From assembly GCA_965223155.1 (NCBI GenBank), contig CBDCVR010000015.1, forward strand, positions 1,152,001 through 1,216,000: a stretch of DNA of 64,000 nt. Reading direction: 5' to 3'. Each line of letters begins with the position of its first letter. The first letter of the stretch is position 1. This document shows, in pieces, positions 28,597-38,047 of the stretch. The stretch comes from Candidatus Multivoradales bacterium. GTDB taxonomy: Bacteria; Acidobacteriota; Thermoanaerobaculia; Multivoradales; JAHEKO01. The notes under the pieces are model-generated. The model was not told the origin of the DNA. It made no database searches and worked only from the letters and a program-made list of their open reading frames with translations. Position numbers and translations under genes: made by a program.

Positions 28597-29315
28597 TGGC
28601 GAGCGGCTGGCTGCGAAGGAAGACGCGCAACGGCTTCGTCCGCCTCCATCGAGCGCTGTCGCCGTCGGAGCGGGCGTTTCGAGAGGTGTTTCGGGAAGTC
28701 GAGACGATCGAGGGTTTCCTGCGCTCGCCGATGCAAGAACGCTGGCTCTTCAAGGCGGCGCGGTCGCTTCCGGCCGGAGCCAGCGTCGTGGAAGTCGGGA
28801 GCTTCAAGGGGCGGTCCACGGGTTGCCTGGGAGCGGGGGTCAAGAGCCGCGGCGGCCACGTTTGGGCCATCGACCGGTTCGAGGGCGACGGTGGCGCCTA
28901 CGGAGACAACCGATTTCTGAAGGAGTTCCAAGCCAACATGGACCGCTTGGGGCTCGGTGAGGTCGTCTCGCCCGTGCAAGCCGATTCACGAGCAGCCGCC
29001 CGAGACTGGGACCGGTCAATCCACCTCCTGTTCCTCGATGGCTCCCATGAATACGATGACGTGACCGCCGACTTCGAGGCGTTTTTCCCGTTCGTCGTGG
29101 ACGGGGGCTTGGTTGCCTTCCATGATGTCGGTCCCGAGGAGCCGGGGGTACTGCGCATGTGGCGCGAGGTCGCGGGACCCCGGCTGACGAGCCATGGCCA
29201 GTGCAGTTCGCTGGCGTACGGTCGTAAGGCCGGAGCGGCGTCCGGGTTTCGCCCCTTCCTGGAGGAGGCCCTGTACCGAGGTCGGCGCGCGCGAGACTCC
29301 GGTGGCCTTGCGTAG
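28596..29315 (+). CDS. Class I SAM-dependent methyltransferase (Methyltransf_24-like)
   Basis: VVEVGSFKGRST, LLFLDGSHEY, GGLVAFHD. Confidence 0.88.
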   Translation: MASGWLRRKTRNGFVRLHRALSPSERAFREVFREVETIEGFLRSPMQERWLFKAARSLPAGASVVEVGSFKGRSTGCLGAGVKSRGGHVWAIDRFEGDGGAYGDNRFLKEFQANMDRLGLGEVVSPVQADSRAAARDWDRSIHLLFLDGSHEYDDVTADFEAFFPFVVDGGLVAFHDVGPEEPGVLRMWREVAGPRLTSHGQCSSLAYGRKAGAASGFRPFLEEALYRGRRARDSGGLA

Positions 29316-30474
29316 TCGCTGGCCGGGTCGTGTCGTCCTGGCGTTGCTGACCGCGATTCTGACCCTGGGTGCCTTGGAAGCGGGAGCTCGGATCTGGAAT
29401 CGGCTGGATCCTTCTCCGAGTCGAACCCAGGGAGGCTTCCGCGCCAGTCGGCCCGCACCCTACGAGGACGCCGGCTACTTCACCGACGCCTTTCTCGCCG
29501 AGCAGAAGCAGCATCGAGACTGGTATTCGCCTAGCGGCGCGCGGCTGGTCCTGCCCCGCGACTTCGCCGGCCGGTACTACAACATCTCCGCCGGCCGGCG
29601 CCGGACCGAAGGCCAGCCCCGAGAGGCGGCGCGGCGGATTGTTCTCTTCGGCGGCTCGGGAATGTTCTGCGAGGAAGTTCCGGACGGCGAGACCATCGCC
29701 AGTCACCTGCAAGATCTGCTGAACGGACCGGAAGCCGGACCTCTCGCCGGCAGTCGGGTGGAAAACCTGGGGGCGCTCACCGTCGGCATCGCCCAGCAAA
29801 TCGAGCGGATGCAGACGATGGAGCTCGGCGCGGGCGATCTGGTGGTCTTCTACGACGGAGTCAACGACGCGATCCTTTCGCTCTATCACGCGGCTCCGCG
29901 CTCTTCGATCTACCATCTCGAGCGAGACGGCCGGAGCTCTCAACCGGGTTCGGCGAGTCTGCGCCGTCTGCGCCGGCGCTCGGTCCTGGCGGGTCGGATC
30001 GAGCTTGCCCGCTTGCGCCGAAGCGCGCCTCGTCACCTCGAAACGGAAAATCGCCTGGACGAGCTCGAAGACGGCTTGTCCGAGCTCTATCGAGAGAGCT
30101 TGGCCTCGGCCGCCGAGACGGCCCGGGCGGCCGGCGCCGGCTTCCACCACTTCTTGCAACCCCACTTGTTCAGTACGGGCGAGTTGACCGACTACGAGAC
30201 AGAGCTTGCGGCCAATCCCTACCTGGTTCGCCCCGGGCTCGAGCAGGCTCTCCGGCGGGGCTACGAGGTTCTCCGGACCGCGATGGCCAGGGTCTCGGGC
30301 GACGGCGTCCGGTCTCGAGATCTCTCGGCCGTTCTCGCCCAGCGGGAAGAGGGAGAGGAATTCTTTCTCGACTACTGCCACGTCAACCATCGAGCGAATC
30401 GGCGGATCGCTCGAGCGATGTTCGATGCGATCCAGAACGGCGGCGGCCCTCGCGTCTTGGGCCCGGAATCATGA
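29308..30474 (+). CDS. SGNH/GDSL hydrolase-like membrane-anchored protein
   Basis: N-terminal TM; LFGGSGMF, VFYDGVND, FLQP, DYCH (DxxH); start uncertain. Confidence 0.75.
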   Translation: MRSRWPGRVVLALLTAILTLGALEAGARIWNRLDPSPSRTQGGFRASRPAPYEDAGYFTDAFLAEQKQHRDWYSPSGARLVLPRDFAGRYYNISAGRRRTEGQPREAARRIVLFGGSGMFCEEVPDGETIASHLQDLLNGPEAGPLAGSRVENLGALTVGIAQQIERMQTMELGAGDLVVFYDGVNDAILSLYHAAPRSSIYHLERDGRSSQPGSASLRRLRRRSVLAGRIELARLRRSAPRHLETENRLDELEDGLSELYRESLASAAETARAAGAGFHHFLQPHLFSTGELTDYETELAANPYLVRPGLEQALRRGYEVLRTAMARVSGDGVRSRDLSAVLAQREEGEEFFLDYCHVNHRANRRIARAMFDAIQNGGGPRVLGPES

Positions 30475-31523
30475 GCGCTCCCAAGGTCAGTGTCCTGCTG
30501 CCGGTCTACAACGGACTGGGGGTGGTTAGGACGGCGATTCAAAGTGTCTTGCGCCAGGACTTCCGGGATTTCGAGCTCGTGATCGTTGACGACGGCTCGA
30601 GCGACGGGACCGCGGAGATCTTGGCGGCGGCTCGATCCAAGGACGAGCGCATCGTAGTGGTCCGGAACGCAACCAACCGGGGGTTGATCGCAAGTCTCAA
30701 CCGCGGCCTGGCCTCCTGCCGGGGCGAGTACGTGGCCCGCCAGGATGCGGACGACGTCTCCTCGCCCGAGAGATTGCGATTGCAGGCGGCCCATCTCGAC
30801 GCGCATCCGGAGGTCGGTGTGGTCGCCTCCGCCTACTATCGTCTCCGGGACGGCGAGACCAGGATCCTGCGCCGTCCGCCTGCCGAAGACACGGCGATCC
30901 GCTGGAAGCTCCTCTTCGGGAACTGCTGGTGCCATTCCACGGTCATGTTCCGGCGGGACCTCTTGGATGCCGGCGAGACCGCCTACGGAGCGTTTCTCCA
31001 CGCCGAGGACTACGAGTTGTGGTGCCGCCTGCTGACGCGCTCGAAGGGGCATACCCTCGCCGCTCCCTTGGTGGACTACGCTGACGTACCCGGCGAAGGC
31101 GTGTCGCAGCAAAACCCCGCGGCCCAGGCCGAGATGGCCGAGCGGATCTCGGAGCGCCAGATCCGGGAGGTACTGCCAGACATTGCGGTCGAGGAGTGCG
31201 CCGCGATTCGGCGGCTGGCCCGAGCCGGGGAGGAAAGCGTCCAGTGGGCCGGGACGCTGCCGTTTCTGTTCGAGCTGATGGATGCGTTCCGGGCCCGGCC
31301 CGAGGTCGAGTCCGCCGTCATGGACCGCGTCGAAGCGGCCTGGCTTCGACGCTTTCTCGAAAAGGCGGGGACGGCCGAGATCGTCAGGGCCTGGCGCTCG
31401 GGCCTCCTGCGCCCGCTCCGCCAGCGGCACGGCCTTCGTCTTCTCGGCGCCGGCCCGCGCTGGCTTCGGGCCAGAGCTCGGCGGCTGGTGCGAGGAGGGG
31501 ACTCGGGGACAGACGCACCATGA
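30471..31523 (+). CDS. Glycosyltransferase family 2
   Basis: VSVLLPVYN, IVDDGSSD, ARQDADD, AEDYELW. Confidence 0.92.
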   Translation: MSAPKVSVLLPVYNGLGVVRTAIQSVLRQDFRDFELVIVDDGSSDGTAEILAAARSKDERIVVVRNATNRGLIASLNRGLASCRGEYVARQDADDVSSPERLRLQAAHLDAHPEVGVVASAYYRLRDGETRILRRPPAEDTAIRWKLLFGNCWCHSTVMFRRDLLDAGETAYGAFLHAEDYELWCRLLTRSKGHTLAAPLVDYADVPGEGVSQQNPAAQAEMAERISERQIREVLPDIAVEECAAIRRLARAGEESVQWAGTLPFLFELMDAFRARPEVESAVMDRVEAAWLRRFLEKAGTAEIVRAWRSGLLRPLRQRHGLRLLGAGPRWLRARARRLVRGGDSGTDAP

Positions 31524-33205
31524 CGCTTCGGGTCGGGGTTCTCCTGGATTCGACGGTTCGTTCTCGCTGGGTCGAACGGGTTCTGCGGGACGTCGTCGAA
31601 TCGCCGGTAGCGGACCTTGCCCTGGTGGTGCTCAACGAGGCCGAACCGGGTGCGCGGACCGGAGCGCTCGATCATCTCGTCTACCGCCTGCATCGCCGGC
31701 TGGATCGGAAGGTCTGCCGGTCGGTGCCCGACGCTTTTGAGCGGGTTGATCTAGGGCCGGTTCTGGAAGGCGTTCCGAGACGTGGAGTGACGCCGCGCCA
31801 GAAGCGTTTCTCGGATTTCTTGAGCAAAGCCGACGTGGCCGCGATCCGGGAGTTTGATCTCGACGTCGCGCTTCGCTTCGGATTTCGGATCCTACGGGGT
31901 CGAGTCCTGACCATTGCGCGGCATGGAATCTGGTCGTACCACCACGGCGATCCGGAGCGGTACCGGGGCGGGCCGCCCTGCTTCTGGGAAGTGATGGAAG
32001 GTTCCCCGGTGACGGGTTCGGTTCTTCAGGTTCTGACCGAAACGCTGGACGGAGGGCCGGTGCTGGAAAGATCCTTCGCGGCGACCAATCAGCGCTCGGT
32101 GGCGCGGAACCAGAACCATGTCTTCTGGAAGTCGACGGCCTTCGTGCGCCGGGCCCTGGAGCGGCTGGCCCGAGAGGGCGAGCCCCGAATTCTGCCGCCG
32201 GTGGCCGAGGCCGTGCCGGCCGCTTCGGACCGCCTGTACAAGAAGCCGGGGAATCTGGAGAGCCTGGCGCCGCTGGGCAAACAGCTTGTCAGGGCGGCGG
32301 GATCCAAGGTCAGGGACCGGCTGGCCGCGAAGACCTGGTTCGTTGCCTACGCCACCCTGGAGCCGGGCATGGACTTGCGTCTCGATGCGACCGAGGAGGT
32401 CGCTTCGTGTCTCGCTCGAGCGAGACCGCTCGAGGCGCCGGCGGGACGCTACTGGGCCGACCCGTTCATCGTCGAGCACGAAGGCGATCGCTTTCTCGTC
32501 TTCGAAGAGTTCGACGTCGCGGTCGGCCGGGGCCGGATCTCCGGACTCTGTATCGGACCAGGCGGAGGGCCAGACGGCAGGCCGGACGGCGAGCCGGGCC
32601 AGGCGTTTCCGGTTCTGGAACGGCCCTACCATCTCTCCTACCCGTTCATCTTCCGATGGCAGGGGGATCTCTATCTCTTGCCGGAGACCTTGGAGGCCGG
32701 TCGGGTCGAGCTCTACCGGTGCGAGCGTTTTCCGGACCGCTGGCAGCGGGCGGCTACGCTCGTCGATGCCGTCAAAGCGGCCGATCCGACGCTGGTCGAG
32801 GTCGATGGCACCTGGTGGCTCTTTGCGACGGAGCTGCGAGAAGGCATGGCCAACGCCAACGACGAGCTCTTGCTGTACTTCGCGGACCAGCCGACGGGAC
32901 CGTTCACTCCCCACCCGGAAAATCCCGTGGTCAGCGACGTGCGCTCGGCGCGACCCGCTGGCCGGCCGTTCTTGGGCCGGCACGGGCTGGTGCGACCCGC
33001 CCAGGACGGCTCGCGCGGTTACGGCTCAGCGATCGCGCTGCGACGGGTTACGGAGTTGTCGCCCACCCGGTACCGGGAAGAAGACGCCGGCCGCATCGAG
33101 CCGAACTGGGCGCCCGGGCTCATCGGCACCCACACGGTGAACCTGGGCGCCGGTCTCCTGGCGGTCGATGGCTTCACGCGCCGCGGTTTCGGAGCGGCGG
33201 GATGA
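31520..33205 (+). CDS. Formyltransferase-like N-domain fused to five-bladed beta-propeller (GINT1 N-terminal-like)
   Basis: GIWSYHHGD..YRGGPP.FWE...LDGG (formyltransferase fold); ADPF, HLSYPF, ADPT, HPENP, ARPAG, RPAQD...YG, HT.N propeller motifs. Confidence 0.72.
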   Translation: MTLRVGVLLDSTVRSRWVERVLRDVVESPVADLALVVLNEAEPGARTGALDHLVYRLHRRLDRKVCRSVPDAFERVDLGPVLEGVPRRGVTPRQKRFSDFLSKADVAAIREFDLDVALRFGFRILRGRVLTIARHGIWSYHHGDPERYRGGPPCFWEVMEGSPVTGSVLQVLTETLDGGPVLERSFAATNQRSVARNQNHVFWKSTAFVRRALERLAREGEPRILPPVAEAVPAASDRLYKKPGNLESLAPLGKQLVRAAGSKVRDRLAAKTWFVAYATLEPGMDLRLDATEEVASCLARARPLEAPAGRYWADPFIVEHEGDRFLVFEEFDVAVGRGRISGLCIGPGGGPDGRPDGEPGQAFPVLERPYHLSYPFIFRWQGDLYLLPETLEAGRVELYRCERFPDRWQRAATLVDAVKAADPTLVEVDGTWWLFATELREGMANANDELLLYFADQPTGPFTPHPENPVVSDVRSARPAGRPFLGRHGLVRPAQDGSRGYGSAIALRRVTELSPTRYREEDAGRIEPNWAPGLIGTHTVNLGAGLLAVDGFTRRGFGAAG

Positions 33206-34122
33206 GGCCTCTCGACTTCATCGTGATCGGAACGATGAAGGCGGGGACCACCTCGCTGTTTCACTATTTGCGGCACCACCCCGAGCTGTTTCTGCCGCCC
33301 GACAAGGAGCTGCCGTACTTTCTGCGGCCAGAGTGGTACGAACGGGGCTGGCCGCCCTTCGCCCGTCGGTACTTTTCAGAGGCGGGGCCCGGACAGATTC
33401 TGGGCACCGTGACGCCTCAGTACATGGAAGAGCCGGCGATGCCGGAACGCATCCACGGGCAAATGCCCGGGGTGCGGCTGATCGCCCTGCTGCGGAATCC
33501 CATCGACCGAGTGGATTCGTACTACCGCATGCAGGTTCGGAGAGGCCGGGAGACCCGTTCGATCGAACAAGTCGTCGAAGAGCTCGCGCTGCCCGCGTCG
33601 GCGGCTCGGGCTCGAGAGATGCTCTTCGGGGCCGAGTTCACGAGTGCGACCTATCTCGTGCGTTCGGAATACGCTCGGATTCTCGAATCCTATGCGAAGG
33701 TCTTTGGCCGGGACCGGCTCCTGGTGTGCTTCAGTGAGGATCTGAAGCGCGCTCCACAGGAAGTCGTAGCGGAAGTCTTCGAGTTCGTGGGTGCCGATCG
33801 GGACTTCGAGCCTCCGAACCTGTCTCGCCGCTATCACGTCGGCGGATCGGAGCGGTTTCCTGGGCTGATTCCGTTTGCCGCAAGGCTGCCACCGGCGCGT
33901 TGGCTCTGGCGGATGCTGCCTGAGCGATTCCGGCGCGATTTCCTGTTCCGGTTCCGGACGGACTTCAACGTCAAGACAACGCGCGCGACTGCTTTGACGG
34001 ACGATCTGAGGGCGCGGCTGCGGGGCTTCTTCGCCGCCGACGTGGACCGCCTTGCGGCGATCATCGGGAAACCTCCTCCCTGGCCTGAGTTTCTCGAACC
34101 TGGGGTAGGGGACCGCCCGTGA
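33202..34122 (+). CDS. Sulfotransferase (type B), paralog of 24567-25517
   Basis: DFIVIGTMKAGTTSL...HPEL...KELPYF, LRNPIDRVDSYYRM. Confidence 0.9.
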   Translation: MRPLDFIVIGTMKAGTTSLFHYLRHHPELFLPPDKELPYFLRPEWYERGWPPFARRYFSEAGPGQILGTVTPQYMEEPAMPERIHGQMPGVRLIALLRNPIDRVDSYYRMQVRRGRETRSIEQVVEELALPASAARAREMLFGAEFTSATYLVRSEYARILESYAKVFGRDRLLVCFSEDLKRAPQEVVAEVFEFVGADRDFEPPNLSRRYHVGGSERFPGLIPFAARLPPARWLWRMLPERFRRDFLFRFRTDFNVKTTRATALTDDLRARLRGFFAADVDRLAAIIGKPPPWPEFLEPGVGDRP

Positions 34123-35069
34123 CCCGCCGCCGCCGAGTCGTCTTCATTACCAGCCTGGGACACTCGGGCTCGACGATTCTTCATCTGGTGCTGGCGAGCC
34201 ATACCCGGGCGTTTGGACTGGGCGAGCTGGCGAGTGCCCGCCGGCGCCTCGAACGCGAGACGCCTTCGGCCGGACTGTGCGGGGTCTGTCCGGACGCTTG
34301 CCGGTTCTGGGATCTGGATGAGCGACGCCCTTTCTTGAAGAAGTACTTCGGAGGGTTCGATCGAGGTTGGCTGCGCTGGCAGATCGAGGGCCGTGCCGGC
34401 GCCTTCAAGGGTGATCTGTACCGGACACTCTTTTCCTGGCTGGGCGAGGATGCGATCGCGCTGGTGGATTCGAGCAAATCCCCGGGCTGGATTAAGCGGC
34501 AGCTCCGGCCGTGGTGGCACTGGCGCGATTGCGATCCCTATCTGGTGTACCTGGCGCGCGACGGACGCGCGGTCCTCAACTCCCGGCTCCGCAAGCACCC
34601 GGATCTTTCGGTGGACCGGATCAGCAAGGTCTGGCTGGCCGGTGTCCGGGCGAGAGAGCGGCTCTTTGCCCGCTTTCCGGTCGAGCGCCGGGTGCGGGTT
34701 GGCTACGAGCGGTTTGCCTTGGAGCCCGAAATCGAGCTCCGCCGTCTGTGCGCGGCTCTGCACATAAGGTTCGAGCCGCAGATGCTTCGGTACTGGGAGG
34801 GCGAGCACCATCCGGTTGCCGGCAACGTCGGCGCCTATCTTTCAATGTTCGTCGCAGAGGGCGAGAAGCGGACCGAGGTGCTCGAGCACCATAGGGCCAG
34901 AAGCCAGGCTGAGCGGCTTACCGACCTTCGGTACTACGAGTCGGTGGGCGCCGCGATCCGAGCCGATTTTCGCTGGACGACCGAACTGTCGGAGGCGAAC
35001 CTGGCGCGGTTTCAAGATATCGTCGGCAACGCGAACGACCCCTACGCGTTCGAAGTACCGAAAGTCTAG
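34119..35069 (+). CDS. Sulfotransferase (type A), paralog of 23549-24550
   Basis: SLGHSGSTIL, LVDSSK, LARDGR, VGYERF, H.VAGN. Confidence 0.85.
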   Translation: MTRRRRVVFITSLGHSGSTILHLVLASHTRAFGLGELASARRRLERETPSAGLCGVCPDACRFWDLDERRPFLKKYFGGFDRGWLRWQIEGRAGAFKGDLYRTLFSWLGEDAIALVDSSKSPGWIKRQLRPWWHWRDCDPYLVYLARDGRAVLNSRLRKHPDLSVDRISKVWLAGVRARERLFARFPVERRVRVGYERFALEPEIELRRLCAALHIRFEPQMLRYWEGEHHPVAGNVGAYLSMFVAEGEKRTEVLEHHRARSQAERLTDLRYYESVGAAIRADFRWTTELSEANLARFQDIVGNANDPYAFEVPKV

Positions 35070-35257
35070 TCGGCCGTCGTTCCAAGTTGTCCCGTGACCG
35101 GACGCGCCGGAATCTTGAACCGTTGGACCTCTTCGAGCCTTTCGTGGCGGCGCCAGCTCTCTTGGGCCACTCTCTGCCTCGGCCCGGCTTTCGAGCCGTC
35201 TTGCGGGCCGGGTCCGGGAGCCGGCGCTCCGGATCGGCTGGTTAGCGGGAGCGCGCT

Positions 35258-36169
35258 ATGAAGCCGAGCCTGAGTGTCGTCGTTCCGTGCCGGAACTCCG
35301 AATCCACGATCGCCGGAACCCTCGCCTCTCTGGCGGCGCAGTCTCTGCCGGACCTCGAGATCGTCGTCGTGGACGACGGTTCGGAAGACGCGACCAGAGA
35401 GGTCGTCGAAGGCCTCGACGTGACCGGGCTCCGGTTACTGAGTCACGATCCGCGCGGGGTTTGTGCCGCGCGTAATGCCGGCGCCGAGCTCGCCGGGGGC
35501 GAGTTTCTGGCCTTCCTGGATAGCGACGACGTGGCCCTGGAGGGCTGGGCCTCGACCCTGCTCTCCGGGTTCGAGGACGGGATCGGGTTGTCGTTCGTGG
35601 GGGCGCGCGTGATCCGGCACGGGGATGAGAAGGTACCCGAGAGGGTGCGTCTCCCCGTTGCCCTGGGCCCCGCTTTTGGCCGTCACGAGGGATTGTTTCT
35701 GGCGGGGGCGTTTGCTTGTCGGCGGAGCCTCTTCGAGTCAGCCGGAGGCTACGACGAGTCGCTGGAGTACGGTGAGAACATGGAGCTTGGACTGCGGCTT
35801 GTGGAAGAGTGCGAGGCGCTTGGAATGGCCGCCGCGACCCACGGGAGTCCCTTGTTCGAGTACCACCGCTCGCCGCCTCGACAGCACTCGCGCCGGGATC
35901 TCGAGCGGCGCCGAGACGCCGCTCGGAGGATCCTCGAGAAGCATCATCGGCGAGTTGCAGCAGACCCCAATCTTCGAGGAAATCTCCTGGCCGTTGCCGG
36001 CGTGAGCGCAGGCAGGCTGGGGGACTGGAAGGCGGCGCGCCGGGACCTCTTCCGGGCGCTGCTCTACGGGCGCAGTCCGGTCAAGAACGCGATGAGGCTG
36101 GCTGCGGCCTGGATGCCGCGGCTCGCGTCATCCCACTGGCAGATGCCGCTCGAGGCGGACCGTGGCTGA
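35258..36169 (+). CDS. Glycosyltransferase family 2
   Basis: SVVVPCRN, VVDDGSED, ARNAG, AFLDSDD. Confidence 0.9.
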   Translation: MKPSLSVVVPCRNSESTIAGTLASLAAQSLPDLEIVVVDDGSEDATREVVEGLDVTGLRLLSHDPRGVCAARNAGAELAGGEFLAFLDSDDVALEGWASTLLSGFEDGIGLSFVGARVIRHGDEKVPERVRLPVALGPAFGRHEGLFLAGAFACRRSLFESAGGYDESLEYGENMELGLRLVEECEALGMAAATHGSPLFEYHRSPPRQHSRRDLERRRDAARRILEKHHRRVAADPNLRGNLLAVAGVSAGRLGDWKAARRDLFRALLYGRSPVKNAMRLAAAWMPRLASSHWQMPLEADRG

Positions 36170-37109
36170 CCGGGAAGCTCGGATCAGCGTCGTGATCCCG
36201 ACCCATAACCGGGCGGAGCTCCTGCCGCGCGCGATTGCGAGCGTCCTGGATCAGACCTATCAGCGGTTCGAGCTCATCGTCGTGGATGACGGTTCGACCG
36301 ACGCCACCGCCGAGGTCGTCGCCGCTTTCGAGGATCCACGGTTGCGCTACGTACGGAGGCAAGAGGCCGGGGGCGCCCCGGTCGCCCGCAACCTGGGCGT
36401 CGCCAGCGCGCGGACGGACCTGATCGCCTTCTTGGATGACGATGACCGGCTGGAGCCGGAGTTTCTGGAGCGCACCGTCGCGATCTTCGAGGCCGCCCCC
36501 GCCGAGCTCGGCTTTTCCTGGTCCGGGGCCCGTTGGGTGCGCCCGAACTCACGGGGCGAGGAAGAGGTCCTTCGGCAGGGCGCCTGGCAGCCCACCTTTG
36601 CGAACCGGGAGGAGGCGTTTCGCTCGTTCTTGCGTAATCGCCACGTCGGCACGGCTTGCGGGGTCTGTTTCCGGCGCGAATGCTTGGAGGCCGTCGGGGG
36701 TTTCGATGAGCGCCTGGTGGGCGGGGCGGAGGATACGGACTTCTTCATCCGGGCGGTCCGCGAGTTCGACTTCGCGGTCATCCCTGAGATCCTGGTGACG
36801 ATCGACCTCCATGGCGGCGCCCACCTGCGCCATCACTCCCTGGCGAAGGCCGAGGACTACGAGATCATATTGGCCAAGCACCGGGAGGCCCTGCAAAGGG
36901 ATCCCGGAACGTTGAAGCAATTGCTCTACAAGACGGCTTGGTTGTTCTACGCCGCCGGCGACAAGCGCCGGGGCCGTACGTTCCTGCGCAAATGCCTGGC
37001 ACTGGCGCCGCTGCAACCCAAGGCTTGGGTGGCGGGCCTGCTGTACGAGACCCTGGGCCGTCACGGGGCGGCAGTGCACCGGCGCCTCTCGGACGCGAGA
37101 CGAGCCTGA
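36162..37109 (+). CDS. Glycosyltransferase family 2
   Basis: SVVIPTHNR, VVDDGSTD, AFLDDDD, GGFDE, EDTD. Confidence 0.92.
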   Translation: MADREARISVVIPTHNRAELLPRAIASVLDQTYQRFELIVVDDGSTDATAEVVAAFEDPRLRYVRRQEAGGAPVARNLGVASARTDLIAFLDDDDRLEPEFLERTVAIFEAAPAELGFSWSGARWVRPNSRGEEEVLRQGAWQPTFANREEAFRSFLRNRHVGTACGVCFRRECLEAVGGFDERLVGGAEDTDFFIRAVREFDFAVIPEILVTIDLHGGAHLRHHSLAKAEDYEIILAKHREALQRDPGTLKQLLYKTAWLFYAAGDKRRGRTFLRKCLALAPLQPKAWVAGLLYETLGRHGAAVHRRLSDARRA

Positions 37110-37963
37110 TGGCGGGTGGCAAGGCGCCGACCGACGGCGTCGAGCGGATGGTCAGGAGCCTGGGGAAGAAGGGCCTCGGTCTCTTCGGCTGGCTGCCGCC
37201 CGAGCGCAAGCTGGCCGCGGTGCGCCGGTTGCGGGGCTTTGTGGATCGATTCCGCAAGCAGCCCGCCGACGTCGAGGGCGTTCCCATGTACGTGCCTCCA
37301 CGGCTCTACCATTGGTACGTTCGCCGCGAGCTCGAACCCGTCGAGCGCGAGTTTGTGTCCGGCGCTCTGGTGCCGGGCATGCGGTGCGTGGACGTGGGCG
37401 CGAACATCGGGTTTTTCTCCTTGCTCATGGCGCGGCTGGTGGGTGCGAGGGGGCACGTCACCGCGTTCGAGCCCGGCCCGGCCAACTTCCGGTTCTTGGA
37501 GCGGAATCTGGCGCTCCACGGCATGGACAATGTCCGGGCTTTGCAGCTCGCCGCCGGAAGCAGGCAAGAGACCCGCCCGCTGCGCGTGGACCGCGCCGGG
37601 ACGAAAAACAGCTTCTTCGCGGGTCGCGGAAGTCGTGCCGTCGACGTCCAGGTGACGACCATCGACGCCGCCGTCGAGCGAGCCGATTTCGTCAAGATCG
37701 ACGTCGAGGGCGCCGAGCTGGAGGTTCTGGCCGGGATGGACAAGACCCTGGCCAGCGGCTGTCGCTCGATGCTGGTCGAGTGGAATCCGCGTCTCCTGAT
37801 CTTGGCCGGTCACTCGCCGGACGCTCTCCCGCGAGCCCTGGCGAGGCACGGATTCGCGCTTACGGTTCTGGATCAAATTCGTGACGTCGAAGGGGTGCTG
37901 GAGGCACTGGAGCGCGGAAGCCTGGAGCCCAATTGGTACGCGAGCTTGGCGGCTACCCGCTAG
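37109..37963 (+). CDS. FkbM-family methyltransferase
   Basis: VDVGANIG, AFEP, VKIDVEGAE. Confidence 0.92.
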   Translation: MAGGKAPTDGVERMVRSLGKKGLGLFGWLPPERKLAAVRRLRGFVDRFRKQPADVEGVPMYVPPRLYHWYVRRELEPVEREFVSGALVPGMRCVDVGANIGFFSLLMARLVGARGHVTAFEPGPANFRFLERNLALHGMDNVRALQLAAGSRQETRPLRVDRAGTKNSFFAGRGSRAVDVQVTTIDAAVERADFVKIDVEGAELEVLAGMDKTLASGCRSMLVEWNPRLLILAGHSPDALPRALARHGFALTVLDQIRDVEGVLEALERGSLEPNWYASLAATR

Positions 37964-38047
37964 CTTCTGTCTCGCCGCCCGCATGGTAGCCTTGCGCCTC
38001 GCTTTTTCGGGCTGTGCTGAGAGCGAGAGGTACGGAGTTAGGAAGAA

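Noticed and set aside
35070-35257. Structured RNA in the 188-bp gap within the glycan operon
   Set aside because: Only short GC-rich stems expected by chance; no recognisable motif.
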